64,000 nt of DNA from a virus (taxonomy: Duplodnaviria; Caudoviricetes). The notes beneath the pieces were generated by a model that saw nothing but the letters and a program-made list of their open reading frames with translations, was not told the DNA's origin and searched no databases. This document shows, in pieces, positions 29,739-40,400 of this stretch; the first letter of the stretch is position 1, and the number at the start of each line of letters is the position of its first letter. Position numbers and translations under genes: made by a program. The stretch is taken from positions 128,001 to 192,000 of the IMG/VR virus record IMGVR_UViG_3300025389_000010; one strand, written 5' to 3'.

Positions 29739-30512
29739 TCAAGCATATTTTTGCATTTGTACAACATTTTCGGTATTACCACGAAACATTACAGCAGCAA
29801 AACCACAATTACCATGATGTGTTAAAAGTATTTTACATTTAGATACAATCCTGACAACACTTTCAAAATTAATAATCCAATTTGTTTTATCAACTTTTGG
29901 TTTAACATTACCGCCAACATTTTCAAAAAGCATTTCTTCAAAAATAAAAGTATTAGATAAATTCTTAACAAAAAAATCCTTTGCATCTAAAGAATCTGTT
30001 TGTACCAATATTCTATAATTTTCACCAAAATCTTTTGCCACTTTTACCCAAACATCTAAAGGTGTTGGTTTAACTTCTGTAAATTTATCATTACCTCTAT
30101 GGAAAACACAAAGAGTATTTTCATAATCTATATTATATTTGTTTTCTAAAAAAGAAATTCTTTCTAATACTAAATCAGAAGGATTAAAAAAAGCATCGTT
30201 TATTTTTTTTAAATTATCAAAGTCTATATTATCATAGTCAATATAGTTAACATCAAAATTTTTATAATCAAAACCAATATTTATTTTTTTTATATTTTCA
30301 TGATTTGTCCTATAAATTAAATCAAAAACATCATCATTTGGATTTTCTTTATATGGTTTTAAGGTATATTCAAATGATATTTTTTCAGGTATTATTGAAT
30401 TTGAAATTAAACTATAAAGACCAAGTTTAGTTTGATTTATACAAGAATAAAATCCTGCGTTATCTTGATTACCATAAAGAGTATTATTTGCTGAATTATA
30501 ATCAAAACACAT
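29739..30512 (-). CDS. Fucosyltransferase-like glycosyltransferase (GT-B, NodZ/GT11/GT23-like)
   Basis: CVFHRGNDK (HxRxxD), LVQTDS, SKCKILL..HGN motifs. Confidence 0.55.
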   Translation of the reverse strand: MCFDYNSANNTLYGNQDNAGFYSCINQTKLGLYSLISNSIIPEKISFEYTLKPYKENPNDDVFDLIYRTNHENIKKINIGFDYKNFDVNYIDYDNIDFDNLKKINDAFFNPSDLVLERISFLENKYNIDYENTLCVFHRGNDKFTEVKPTPLDVWVKVAKDFGENYRILVQTDSLDAKDFFVKNLSNTFIFEEMLFENVGGNVKPKVDKTNWIINFESVVRIVSKCKILLTHHGNCGFAAVMFRGNTENVVQMQKYA

Positions 30513-30515
30513 AAT

Positions 30516-31325
30516 TTAAAATCTGTATTTCATCATGGGAATTTTATATATTTGTGAACACCTAAGAGACCAACCACTGTTACCATTTTCAGAAAATGAA
30601 TAAATATATTTTGATCCAGACATTATAAAAAAATCAATTAGTGTATTTTTGGTATTTTCCAAAGAAAAGTTTTCTTTAGATCCGATGTGTATTGGTTCAT
30701 TATCTATAAAAGATAAGTTTTCATATTTATCTTTTAGTTTATATTTAACATATTTACAATCTGATGCTATAAAAATCTTTTTATCTCTTTTAGTATCAAG
30801 AGAAATCTGCTCCGATATTGATTTTATAACTTCATCAGATACAGAATCAGTATGATGTAAAAGAAATATATCACCCATTCTTATATGTAAAACTTCATAA
30901 TCATCTAGATTTAAATCATTTTTTATTTGATCTACAGAATCTTTTAAATCTTTTTTTGGTTTAAATGAATTTTTAATAAAATCAAAAAGTTTATCATCAA
31001 AATATATTCCTTCCCAAGGATAAATGTTTGTCAAAACAGCTACCATATTATAATTTTCTAAAAGATATTCAAGAGGAATACCTTTTCCTGCACAATCATA
31101 GAAATCAAAAGGATCACTTGATAAAAAATTATCATTATCTAAAAAATTAGAAATAATATGATTATTATAATCTATATATAAACTGAATTTTCTTTTTATT
31201 GCTTCTGTATATAGATACATCGCACCGCTTATAAAATCACCAAAACCCGGAGGATAAAGGTTATTATCACTTTTTTTTATATGAGTATAAGTCTGTATTA
31301 TTTTTTTGTGCCCGTTATTCATCAT
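30516..31325 (-). CDS. Fucosyltransferase-like glycosyltransferase (NodZ-like)
   Basis: GFGDFISG, VLHIRMGD, IFIASD, TLIDFFIMSGS, SGWS. Confidence 0.6.
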   Translation of the reverse strand: MMNNGHKKIIQTYTHIKKSDNNLYPPGFGDFISGAMYLYTEAIKRKFSLYIDYNNHIISNFLDNDNFLSSDPFDFYDCAGKGIPLEYLLENYNMVAVLTNIYPWEGIYFDDKLFDFIKNSFKPKKDLKDSVDQIKNDLNLDDYEVLHIRMGDIFLLHHTDSVSDEVIKSISEQISLDTKRDKKIFIASDCKYVKYKLKDKYENLSFIDNEPIHIGSKENFSLENTKNTLIDFFIMSGSKYIYSFSENGNSGWSLRCSQIYKIPMMKYRF

Positions 31326-31364
31326 ATATACTTATATGATATGGAGCATCGTATTGGAGTCGAA
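31325..31364 (-). repeat. Duplicated 3' end of tRNA-Cys plus downstream leader (copy of 31974-32013)
   Basis: 36 bp identical (31325-31360 vs 31974-32009); 40 bp with one mismatch. Confidence 0.9.
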
Positions 31365-31413
31365 TTTTTTGCTGATCTTTACTTTTAAAATATTCAATCA
31401 CTAATGTATAAAA

Positions 31414-31971
31414 TTATTTTTTTATACCCCAACATGTTTCTTGTTCTATAGATAACTTATAATTATTATTTTGTATAAATTCATTTACAGCCTTTTTTAC
31501 TCCCGACCAGTGATCGTCATAATCATGCCCCGCGATAATTCCATTGGTTTTAACTTTTGGAAACCATGCTAAAATGTCATTTTTAACATTTTCATAATCA
31601 TGAGACGCATCAATAAAAACAAAATCTAAACTATTATCACTATATAAATTTGCTGCTTCCATTGAAGATAATTTTATTGGATTTATAATATGTTTAACTG
31701 GGTTTATATTTTCTAGAAAAATATTATAAAGATTTTTTTCTTTAACACTTTCTTCGTTTGCATGCTCCGCACTGCCTTCCCACGTATCAACACAATCAAA
31801 TTTTATTTTTTTATTAGAATTTATTATTTCGACTGCCATATAAATAGCACTTTGACCTTGCCACGTACCAACTTCTACAAAATGTGCGCCATCATTTGAT
31901 TGATTTACAATATTGGTATATAAATTTTTAAAATTAAACCAACCGTGTATATTTTCATAATAATGATTCAT
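31414..31971 (-). CDS. Class I SAM-dependent methyltransferase (Methyltransf_24-like)
   Basis: VEVGTWQGQS, CVDTW, FVFIDASHDY, GIIAGHDY. Confidence 0.85.
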   Translation of the reverse strand: MNHYYENIHGWFNFKNLYTNIVNQSNDGAHFVEVGTWQGQSAIYMAVEIINSNKKIKFDCVDTWEGSAEHANEESVKEKNLYNIFLENINPVKHIINPIKLSSMEAANLYSDNSLDFVFIDASHDYENVKNDILAWFPKVKTNGIIAGHDYDDHWSGVKKAVNEFIQNNNYKLSIEQETCWGIKK

Positions 31972-31990
31972 ATTATATACTTATATGATA

Positions 31991-32064
31991 TGGAGCATCG
32001 TATTGGAGTTGAACCAATCTACCGGGTTTTGCAGACCTGTGCCTAGCCGCTTGGCTAACGATGC
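31991..32064 (-). tRNA. trnC: tRNA-Cys(GCA)
   Basis: CAGGT-CTGCAAA-ACCCG arm; U73; CCA end. Confidence 0.9.
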
Positions 32065-32065
32065 A

Positions 32066-32311
32066 TTATTTATAATCAACTAAATCTAAAATTTCTTGAA
32101 CTTTTAAAAGTAGTTTTTCAAATTCTAAATCTAACTTAAAAGATTTTGTTGATATATGAGAATGAACCAAACCATCTTCAGGAAAAACATATCTTTGACC
32201 AATTTCCTTTAATTGTTTACCATCAAATTTTCCACTTACTACAATTTTATCATTGTTGTGAATTTCAAATAAAACGTCTCCGTTTTCCTGTTTTGATAAA
32301 ATTGTTTTCAT
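32066..32311 (-). CDS. Hypothetical protein
   Basis: ORF track. Confidence 0.45.
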   Translation of the reverse strand: MKTILSKQENGDVLFEIHNNDKIVVSGKFDGKQLKEIGQRYVFPEDGLVHSHISTKSFKLDLEFEKLLLKVQEILDLVDYK

Positions 32312-32347
32312 TTTTATATCTTATTATATTTATCTACATAAGTCAAG

Positions 32348-32419
32348 GGAGACTATTGGGAATTGAACCCAAATTATAGGTGCCACAAACCTAAGTCCTA
32401 CCATTGAACGATAGTCTCC
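32348..32419 (-). tRNA. trnH: tRNA-His(GTG), G-1 encoded, CCA not encoded
   Basis: TAGGT-TTGTGGC-ACCTA arm; G-1:C73. Confidence 0.88.
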
Positions 32420-32426
32420 ATGAAAA

Positions 32427-32517
32427 TGGCGGGAGCGGTAGGATTTGAACCCACGGTACCTTTAGGGTACGCTCGATCTCAAGTCGAGTGCCTTAAACCG
32501 GACTCAGCCACACTCCC
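32427..32517 (-). tRNA. trnS: tRNA-Ser(TGA)
   Basis: CTCGA-CTTGAGA-TCGAG arm; long variable arm; G73; CCA. Confidence 0.92.
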
Positions 32518-32721
32518 ATTTCTAAAACTTACAATTTTTTATTATTATGTCAATAATTTTTAACAGAATTGAAAAAATTACATAACCCACAAGAAAGACA
32601 AGTAGTATAACACCCAACAAAGCACCATCGTCTGGAGTCAACATAACTAACATATATACTTATTATTTTCAAGGTATTGATTATATTAATATAAATATGT
32701 CCAAGTATAGGTTTCAAAACG

Positions 32722-32793
32722 AGGGAGTGATGAGACTCGAACTCACAACAATTTCGTTGGCAACGAAATGCTCTACCATTGAGCTACACTCCC
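32722..32793 (-). tRNA. trnG: tRNA-Gly(GCC), CCA not encoded
   Basis: TTTCG-TTGCCAA-CGAAA arm; U73. Confidence 0.9.
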
Positions 32794-32884
32794 GATTGTA
32801 TGATAATACTTATACAAAATTTTAAAATGTAAAGATTTTTTATATTTTTGAACATATACTATATCCGTGATTATAAGTATATTT

Positions 32885-33532
32885 ATGAAATGTAAAAATT
32901 GTAATTTAGAATTAAAAGAAAAATCTAAAAATATATTTTGTTCTAAGTCATGTAGTGCAACTTATAACAATAGCAGAAGATTAATTTCAGATTCACAAAA
33001 ACAAAAAGTCAAAAATACATTTAAAAAAAAATATGGAACTAAATTTTGTGTTATTTGCAAGCAAGAACTTTTAATAAGACGAAGAAAAACATGTTCAGAT
33101 AAATGTTTAAAATCTTTACAAAAATCTTATTTAGTTCCAATTACATCTGGTGGTTACAGGAGAGGATCAGGCAAAGGCAAACATGGTTGGTACAATGGTG
33201 TTTACTTTGATAGTACATATGAACTAGCTTTTTATATTTTTTGTAAAAATAAAAATATAAAAATTGAAAGATGTAATGATGTTTTTCAGTATACTGATAC
33301 TAAAGGAATATTTAGAAAATATCATCCTGATTTTAGAGTAAACGGCAAAATAACAGAAATAAAAGGTTATTATACACCAGAAGTAGATTTAAAAATAAAA
33401 GCAGTTAATGAACCAATAGATATTTTTTATAAAAAAGATTTAAATGGAATATTTAAGAGCGTTGAAAAAATAACTGGATTAAAAATTAAAAAACTTTATT
33501 TGCTTTACAAAAGCAGCCCCACTGGTATTTGA
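32885..33532 (+). CDS. Putative homing endonuclease (Zn-finger N-terminus, PD-(D/E)XK C-terminus)
   Basis: FCSKSC, CSDKC, FDSTYELAF, YHPDF...EIKGY; ATG at 32885 follows TAAGTA; 3' end overlaps tRNA-Glu. Confidence 0.7.
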   Translation: MKCKNCNLELKEKSKNIFCSKSCSATYNNSRRLISDSQKQKVKNTFKKKYGTKFCVICKQELLIRRRKTCSDKCLKSLQKSYLVPITSGGYRRGSGKGKHGWYNGVYFDSTYELAFYIFCKNKNIKIERCNDVFQYTDTKGIFRKYHPDFRVNGKITEIKGYYTPEVDLKIKAVNEPIDIFYKKDLNGIFKSVEKITGLKIKKLYLLYKSSPTGI

Positions 33533-33586
33533 AACCAGCCTTTCAGGTTGAAAACCTAACGTGCGAAACCACTACACTATGGGGCC
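33514..33586 (-). tRNA. trnE: tRNA-Glu(TTC), CCA not encoded
   Basis: TTAGG-TTTTCAA-CCTGA arm. Confidence 0.88.
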
Positions 33587-33591
33587 AAAAT

Positions 33592-33667
33592 TGGAGCCAG
33601 CAGTCGGGATCAAACCGACGACCTCAGGTTTACAAAACCCGTGCTCTATCAACTGAGCTATGCTGGC
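33592..33667 (-). tRNA. trnT: tRNA-Thr(TGT)
   Basis: CGGGT-TTTGTAA-ACCTG arm; CCA end. Confidence 0.92.
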
Positions 33668-33670
33668 ATT

Positions 33671-33746
33671 TGGTGGCAGGGGAGGGATTTGAACCCCCGA
33701 TCTTCACGTTATGAGCGTGACGACTTAACCACTTGTCTACCCTGCT
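33671..33746 (-). tRNA. trnM: tRNA-Met(CAT), initiator-like
   Basis: CTCATAA loop; A1xC72 mismatch; A11:U24; CCA end. Confidence 0.88.
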
Positions 33747-33967
33747 ATTTATAAATATATATCAAAAGATTTCCAATATCAAGTTTTAATTTATGGAAAT
33801 TTCTTCTTTTTTTACAGTTTCAATTCCTCCGGTTAAATATAATCTTACTTTGTAGTATTCGTCGTGTTCTTCCAATATTTCAACGATTTGTCCTTTTAAT
33901 AATGGTGGATGATTTTCCGTATTGACGATACCTTGTTTATAAGGTCTGTTTCTTTTCACGTATATAC

Positions 33968-34162
33968 TTACAAAGCACTTTCTAATGCTTCAGACAATAT
34001 TCTTTTTAAATTGATTGATTCGTTGTGAGAATAATAACCAATTGCTCTTAATTGAGCTTTAGCCCTTGCTTTTGACAAGGGCTTTTTGCTGAAGCATTTC
34101 TTTTTTCCGTATCTTTTACAGACTTTGTATCCGCCTTTTACTTTGCTTATCTTATAGGGCAT
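33968..34162 (-). CDS. Small basic protein
   Basis: MPYKI...FSKKPLSKARAKAQLRAI. Confidence 0.5.
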   Translation of the reverse strand: MPYKISKVKGGYKVCKRYGKKKCFSKKPLSKARAKAQLRAIGYYSHNESINLKRILSEALESAL

Positions 34163-34170
34163 GAAGATAC

Positions 34171-34380
34171 TTACTCTTCATCACGATTTGATTTATTTGA
34201 AGAAATCGCCCTAGACTTTGGTGCCTTTCCAAGGAAGACAAGCTTTTCGGTTTTGAATTCCTTTACATATTCATTCCACTCGGAATCGCTCATTCCCTTG
34301 GGTCTTTTACTAAGATACTTCTTCTTGTCAAAAGCCTTAATGGTTTTTAAAATATTGTTTGAGATTATTGAATGTGACAT
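34171..34380 (-). CDS. Hypothetical protein
   Basis: ORF track. Confidence 0.4.
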   Translation of the reverse strand: MSHSIISNNILKTIKAFDKKKYLSKRPKGMSDSEWNEYVKEFKTEKLVFLGKAPKSRAISSNKSNRDEE

Positions 34381-34410
34381 ATTGTTATATTAACAAATTT
34401 TTTTAGTTTG

Positions 34411-37400
34411 TCAACGAGCTTTTGTATATATCGTAGCTACGCTTGTACCAGCTGTTATTGTAACAAGATTACCAGAAGTTGTTACAGATCCACCAACTTG
34501 CCCAGCATAATACTGACCCGCTATCGTAATACTAGCTGTTCCGTTAGCTCCCGGATCATTACTGTATTTCGATGGAACATTAGTACCGGGATACAACGTG
34601 AAGGCATCACCACCTGAACCCGTACCATTACCTTGACCACTTGGACCTGATTGATTACTTGCGCCTCCGCCAGTAGCAGTATCCTTTATTACATCATTAA
34701 CACTTATATTACTAGATCCTCCACCAACACCATCACTACCAAGATAATTACCAATCTGTGGGGCCGAACCACCTTGACCACCAGCACCTGCTTGTATTTT
34801 TATATAATCACCAGCACGTATTTTAAGAGAACCGCTGCTAGTTGCTCCCGCACCACCACCATTCCCGTTTTTATAATTACCATTAAAGTCAAATTGACCT
34901 TTACCGGCACCACCACCGCCACCAATTAATGCATAATCAATATTAAAAAATACAGGTGTTAATGTTGGCGTTTGTGTTCTTGTTTGTGTTGGTGTTTGTG
35001 TTCTCGTTTGGGTTGCCGTTGGTGTCGTTAGAGGTAAAGCTGCTCCAGCACTTTGGTTATATAAATTATATAAATAAAGTTCGTATATATATTTGATTTC
35101 ATCATCAGATAAACCTTTGTTATATATGATCGCCTCGTCTATAAGACCAGAAAGATTAGTACCAATGATTGGATAAAAGAATTGAATAGGTGCAGCAACA
35201 TCTTGATTATAAAATGTCGCTGTTAAAACTATCTGACCATCTAAATAAATATAAACATATGAACCTCTTCTAACCATAACAAGATGATGCCAAGTGTTAT
35301 TTGTTATTTGTTGTGCGAAGTTACTAATGGAATTACCTCCTATAATTGCTGATAAGCTTCCACTTGAATTATATGATATTTGATAAGTATCATCACGTGT
35401 TCTAAATATTCCAGCAGAGGAGCTATTATTATAAACTTTAAACCAGAAACAAACTGAAAAATCACCAACAAAAGAAATATTATCTCTTGTTATTAAATTA
35501 GATTTAGGATCGTATGAACACGCAACTGCGTTATCACCAGTAAGTCCTGATCTTCCAGCATTAGGAACAGAATATGCTTGTAGACTATTAAGATTAGAAG
35601 AAGTAAATAATGTATAATTGCTATTTACCGAATTATACCAAGGTCCATATTGGGCATTTTCATTAAATGTCCAATATGCCACAGCATTACTATTATCAAA
35701 TATTGATACTGTTATTTTAGGTATAACCGCAAGTGATCTTGCTCCTACGTTACCATTGCTGTTAATCTTTGAAGTGGAAACAAGATTACCTGTAATCGCA
35801 TTAACAAAATACATATAATAGTTACCCGATCCATCTTTTCCTAAACCAAAAACATAAAGATCTTGAATTGTTGTTTTTGATATTTTAAAAATATTTTGAT
35901 TAAACACATCAACTTTCAGATTTAGATTTGTGTCAAAAAGCATGGTTGGCGTTGAACCGTTTATACCATAAGAATTGCTAACATCATAACATGTAACATG
36001 CCCACTGACTGTAGAACCATCAGTTCTTAATATATAAAGTCTATCACCTTTTGAATTTAATAAAATTTTAGAATTAAAACCAGTGGCACCGGAAATTACT
36101 TTATATTTGAAAGTATATTGATTATCTTGACCGATTCTATTACCAGATTTGTTATATTGATACAAATTACCATTATTTGAATACAACCAAATTACGTCTC
36201 TATTAGGATCAACAGCAAATGTATCTATTCCATCATCAAATGGATTAAAACCACCAAAAGAAGCAGACCAGACAAAATCCGTTGAATCTATAGGCGGTAA
36301 ATAATTTCCACCACCAACGGTAGTTTTAACTTTTGTTAAACGATAATCGTTACCAAAATTAGAAAACACATATATTGCGCTTAAACTTTGACCTGATGTT
36401 GTTAAATCATTTGGATCAACAGCCATATCTTGTGGATTGTGGGACAATAAACTACCCAAAACACCAAAATTGTTACCATTAAATGTATTAGTTAATATAT
36501 TGTATTCTACTATACCATTTAAATATGCGATATAAAAATATTTATAGTCTGGTGAAAATTTACATAAGCAATCATCGTAACGTTGAAAAGGATTAAAATA
36601 AGCAGGAGATATTGAAATAGTATTTGAATATAAAAGATTATAATTTGGATCAACGTTATATATTTCAATAGCACCACCTGATGAATTAACAGCATCAACT
36701 GTCACAACCCATATTTGATTTCTATCAGCATTGTATTCAAGCGTTGCAACATAATAATTTTTATTATTATTATAATTTTTTAATGATACTAATAATGAAT
36801 TTAAATTGAATTCTGTGATGTAATCATTACCTGTATTTGAACTACCATCAGGTAAAATTGAAACAAGAGAACCTTCTAATTGTGGAACAGGTGTCGGTGT
36901 CGGAGTCTGTGTAGGAGTTTGAGATGGTGTCTGTGTTTGAGTCTGTGTACGTGTTTGAGTCTGTGTACGTGTTTGGGTCTGTGTTTGAGTCTGTGTAGGA
37001 GTTTGAGTCCGTGTCGTTGTAGGAGTTTGTGTATAAGTAGGAGTCTGAGTTTGAGTCTGAGTTTGTGTTTGAGTCTGTGTCTGTGTTTGAGTCTGTGTAC
37101 GTGTTTGAGTCTGTGTACGTGTTTGAGTCTGTGTTTGAGTCTGTGTAGGTGTGTTTGATGGTACGGGTGTATTGGTTCTTGTGGGTGTTATAATCGGTAC
37201 AGGAACAACGTTTGATGAATTATATATTGTTAATTTAGATGATCCTCTTAAATCGTATCCTGAATTTACGGTTTTTATAATAGGATTTTTTACAGACGGA
37301 TCAGTTGACATGTCTATGGTATAGACATGTCCATAATTTATTAAATAAGCATAATCAAAAACATTTGTAGTTTCTAAATTATAATATTCTGTGGATTCTG

Positions 37401-40400
37401 CTATTAATGGAAATGTTTTGGATTTGAAAAAATTTGATATCCCCGTTGATGGATTATATTTGATATCAAATACGATTAATTCACATTTATAATCAGTATC
37501 AGCATTAAAACTAACAGCATATAAATAAGAATAACCACCTATTAATGAATATGTAAATGTGCTACCATAATCATTAATCGGTATATCTGTAATTGTTGGC
37601 GTTGATGTCGTGCAATCTATTTTTGTTATTTTTTTATTACCATATATAGCTGTATTATAAAAACCGTAGGAAACATAATATATATTATTGTTATTCAAAT
37701 CTCTTATGATTTTTCCACCAGTTGATTTAAACGGTAATGTTACATATGAATTTGAATTTGGTGTATATAAAAATACACTATTACTTGCAGAATTAAGAAA
37801 ATCAAAAGAAGAACAAATTACCGTATTGTCATCATAATTAAAATTAAAATATGGTGGAGATGAACCATCTAATGTTGATGGATAATTGTAACTAATTTTA
37901 TTAATATTGGCGGATGGACCAGAGATAATACTGTATGGTACATACGGTATATTATTACTTCCGTTTGTTAAACTCCATGTGTTATCCAACACGTAAAAAG
38001 CACCGGCATTATTACCGGGTACTGCATATGCAACATATATGTATGGATGATTTTTATCATATGGATTATATGCAATATCTAATATTTGATAATTAAATGG
38101 AAATTGAGGTGAAATTGGGTTTGTACTTGGATCAAATAAACACATTTGTCCCAAGAATGAAAGTGTGTTTAGGTCATATATTAAAACACATGCAATAGAA
38201 ATACCCGGTGTTAAAATAATAATAGTATCATTAAATATAAGATTAATAGAATTTGCTGTATTGTTTGTAAAGTTTACAGCTGCCAATATTTGTTTATTTG
38301 CTTTATGTACTGTTACAGATGTTATTTTTGGTGTAGCATCTGAATTACCTACAGTAATAACAGGATCAATATTTATAGATCCAATTAAAGGATCTCTTCC
38401 ACCACTAACACCAATACCCGATAAATTAGGATCAATTATTTTTATATTTTTATTATCTGTATTGATAATAAATTCATCCGGTATAACAGAAATATCATTA
38501 AAAACACTTTGTATAGAAGGGACATCGCCTGTAATTTGTTTTAAATCAAAACTAACTGAATTAATTTGACATATATTCCTAATTGTATCAGCAGATATTA
38601 TATAAAAATATTTGTTATCATTTGAAATTTTTATATCAGTAACATAATTTTGAGGAGACCCACCAAAACCAGTATTAATAGGAAGAGTTTGTATTGCTAT
38701 TATTGGTGGTAATATGTTTGGATTATTCGTTAATAAAGGAACTGTTGGATACCCGCTATCTGTTAAATTTAAAATTTTAAAATTTCCATTTACTAAAGCA
38801 TATGCAAGTTTTAATTTTTTATCATTTGGGTCCGTATACAATAATTGTGAATGTATTATGCGGTCTCCTCCTGTGATATCAGGATTATATGAAACTGTGT
38901 TTGATGACGTAACATTATTAATATAAATTATTCCCCCATAATAGCTTAGGAATATATCAGTTGTATTATTGGAAAGATTACTATATATTTGAATTTTACC
39001 TCTAGTAAAACCCGAATTAGTAATACTAAATGATTTATTATAAATAAAGGAAATATTTGAAGAAGATGACCATATTTCATATATTAAAGTAGTATTACCG
39101 GAACTTAAATTAAAATTATAATAATAAACAATTAAATTATCAAAAGCATCAACTCCCATATCTTCAAAATTATTATTACTAAAAAGAGTAGGATTCGTTT
39201 CAATCCCAGTATTACTACTACTAAATTGTAACAATGATGATTGGTCGTTTACAATATCATATTTTATTATACCAGCAAAACCTGAATTTGTCTCAACAGC
39301 AAAATATGCAATTGTTGCTTCATTATTAAACACTATTTTTGTTATACCATAAGTTGAATTAAACCCTTGTTTAAAACTATCACCATAGACTAATTTTTTG
39401 ATAAGTTCTTTTGTTCTGATGTCATATATGTTTACCTGTGCATCATACGGAAAAGTATTAGTATTAGTTCTAAAAGCAACATACAAATATGTATTTGATG
39501 GGTCTACTGCTGAATAAAAACCATATTGTCCAACAGGAGAACCAGAAGCAGGAATTTGTTTTAAAAAAAGAGAAGGATCACCATAAGAACCAGCCTCAAA
39601 ATCATTAATGTAAAAACCATTAACACTATCTACGTGTAGTAATGGTGGAATAGAAGTACTAGATGGTGTTACTGATGGTGTCTGTGTAGAAGTTTGTGTA
39701 TTCGTTGGTGTTTGAGTTTGGGTGCGTGTAGGAGTTTGTGTCTGAGTTTGTGTTCGTGAAGGAGTTTGAGTTTGAGTGGATGTCTGTGTAGGAGTCTGTG
39801 TTTGTGTAGGAGTTTGAGTTTGTGTTGGTGTTTGTGTATATGTTGGCGTATTTGTTTTTGTAGGAGTTTGAGTTGAAGTTTGTGTCTGTGTAGGCGTTTG
39901 AGTGTTTGAAGGAGTTTGTGTAACTGTGGGTGTTTGTGTAACACCTGCTGTACTTGAAGCCGTATTTGTAGGAGTTTGAGTTTGTGTCTGTGTAGGAGTT
40001 TGAGTTGAAGTTTGTGTTCTGGTAGGAGTCTGTGTGTTTGAAGGAGTTTGTGTAACTGTGGGTGTTTGTGTAATATCCGGTGTACCTGACACGGTATTCG
40101 TAGGGGTTTGCGTTTGAGTACGTGTAGGAGTTTGTGTTTGTGTTTGAGTACGTGTAGGAGTTTGAGTTGAAGTTTGTGTCTGTGTAGGGGTCTGTGTGTT
40201 TGAAGGAGTTTGTGTAACTGTGGGTGTTTGTGTAACACCTGCTGTACTTGAAGCCGTATTTGTAGGAGTTTGAGTTTGTGTTCGTGAAGGAGTTTGTGTT
40301 TGCGTTTGAGTACGTGTAGGAGTTTGAGTTGAAGTTTGTGTCTGTGTAGGAGTTTGAGTTGAAGTTTGTGTCTGTGTAGGGGTTTGAGTTTGAGTTTGAG

